Positions 62,194-64,000 of a stretch of DNA of 64,000 bases are shown here, piece after piece. The notes under the pieces are model-generated. The model worked only from the letters and a program-made list of their open reading frames with translations. It had not been told where the DNA came from and searched no databases. The DNA comes from Podarcis erhardii (Eukaryota), in NCBI GenBank assembly GCA_964252035.1, contig OZ176201.1. The stretch is one strand, 5' to 3'. Position 1 is the first letter of the stretch. Each line of letters begins with the position of its first letter. Both the position numbers and the translations under genes were made by a program.

Positions 62194-63533
62194 TAAGGTG
62201 GGGCTGCCCTTTGGTGGTTGTTGCTGATGGGGTGAGATTCCACTCTGTCATTAAAGCTACAAATCATATCATGGCAGAGGCTGATGACTCAGACAGGGTC
62301 ACTGCCAGAAACAACTTCATCTCCCCTTGAGCTACAGTTCCTCGACTCCCTTTAAAAGAGCAGACCAGATCCCCTTATCATAATGCATTTTTCCTACTTG
62401 ACTGCTTAATTCTTTGTTGTTATGAGAATGGTATCCCTGTTCCCCACATGATTAACGGGAAAACGTAAACATCTGACCTCCATGTGGGCCTGTTTCAGGC
62501 CATAACATTATTTTAGCTATTTATATACTGCACCATTACCAAAGTTTCTAAGCAATGAAAAAGCTCTTTCATTTGATTTCGAGGTTGCTTCCATGCCGGG
62601 CATTTACTGTGGAGCATAACTGTTTTGCTCATGTACTTTTCACGGGGCATCTGCACAGCACCATGACCAAAACATTTAGCTCCTGTGCATTCTGCCACCT
62701 ACCTGCTGAGCTCAGAAAATTCTACAGGTACCTACCTACAGTGTATAGACACACCCAGCTACTCATAATACACTGTGGTATAATTCCTCCCTGTCTAATC
62801 AAGAAACCCACAAAATTTAGGTTCAGGGGAAGAGAGTGGGGTGAAATTGTCCTTCCATTTATTTTCAGTCATCCCCTATTCCTATACATTTAACATCAGC
62901 TTGATCTGAAGATATTAGCAAGTGATAATCCTTATCCCTATGCTATAAGCAACTTGGAGGTTCTTGCAGATCAAGGTGCTGATAATGGCATAGGAATGAT
63001 CCATGTCATTCTTTCCTAGTCAGTTGACAAACCTATTAGCAGCTGTTTGTGCCTCTGCAACAGTAGCAGCCACCATGGGTATCTCTCTGTGTGTTGCTGT
63101 CCTCTTAAGTCCTCTCAGGTCCCAGCCAGCATAGCCAGCAGTCAGGACTGATGGAGGGCATTAGGTTAGGTGCCCCTGCTCTTTAAGGGAGGCCTAACAG
63201 ATATGTGGGTTCATCATCCAGGTTACAGCGATGCATTTGTAGTAATAAACCAAGAGCCTATGTTCCATAAATCACCTTGGACAGTGACTGGGGACTCATG
63301 GAATAACGTTTTTCTCCGCCTGTGGGTTCCCAGATGAAGATGTTGCTTTAGACTGGTACAAAACCATGAGAGGGAGACCATAGGTTCTTACAGCCCAGTT
63401 CTGTGTATGCTTATTTAGAAGTTAAGTAAATCCCTGCAGTGCAGTGGGGCTTGCCTAAGGTTGCAATCCTAAGGGGAAAGGTGCAGATTTTGCTAGCATT
63501 TGAGCAGGACAAAAGGTGACAGAAGAGAATGCA

Positions 63534-64000
63534 CCATATTTTTTGCTCTATAGGACGCACTTTTCCCCCTCCAAAAATGAAGGGGAAATGTGTGTGCATC
63601 CTATGGAGTGAATGCAGGCTTTCGCTGAAGCCTGGAGAGCAAGAGGGGTTGGTGTGCACTGACCCCTCTCGCTCTCCAAGCTTCAGGAAGCTATCCGCAA
63701 GCCTTCGGAGCGCGGCGGGAGTTCCTGCCGGGCTCAAAAGGCTTGCGGATAGCAGCAAGCTTCGGGAGCGAAGGAGAGGTTGCGCGCAACCTCGCCCCCG
63801 CTCCCGGACCTGTTCTGGGGGCTGGGGTCGGGGGACGCTCGGGCTTCCCCCGCCCCAGCCCCGCGGCTAAAAATGAAGCCAAGACAGCGAGCGGGATCCA
63901 TCTCGCTGTCTTGGCTTCTTTGCTCTTTGGGCCGGGGGGGGAATAATTTTTTTTCTTTATTCCCCCCCCTAAAAACTAGGTGCACCCTATGGTCCGGTGC
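63534..64000. mobile_element. Tc1/mariner-type non-autonomous element running off the window end
   Basis: Left end ccatattttttgctctataggacgcac. The right end ggtgcaccctatggtccggtgc is the approach to the matching inverted terminus. CpG-rich interior. Confidence 0.6.

Overview
This is eukaryotic, squamate genomic DNA, most likely a lacertid lizard (inferred from the Sauria/Squam1 SINE, Squam3-like SINE and BovB content). It holds the 5' part of formin-like 3 (FMNL3) on the + strand: a CpG island, coding exon 1 (11709-11825), a ~49.9 kb intron 1 and coding exon 2 (61744-61827). A second CpG-island promoter (~3100-4330) has a dense CCAAT array and a probable non-coding first exon of a divergent - strand gene; this is probably TMBIM6 by recalled vertebrate synteny, but no coding exon is in the window. 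The rest is mostly transposon-derived: 9 Sauria SINEs, 8 pogo/Tigger-like MITEs, several hAT MITEs, L1, L2, CR1, BovB, a solo LTR and a Penelope-like insertion. The most notable observations are a tandem pair of minimal hammerhead ribozyme motifs in the Penelope-like insertion, a spliced uORF overlapping the FMNL3 start, and a triple-nested retrotransposon cluster with a perfect 52-bp hairpin at its 5' junction. There are also several atypical insertion signatures (a 60-bp TSD, a 15-bp duplication around a TA-type MITE, an RT-less CR1). Most ORFs in the supplied track are spurious. Element coordinates were read by eye and may be off by a few bases.
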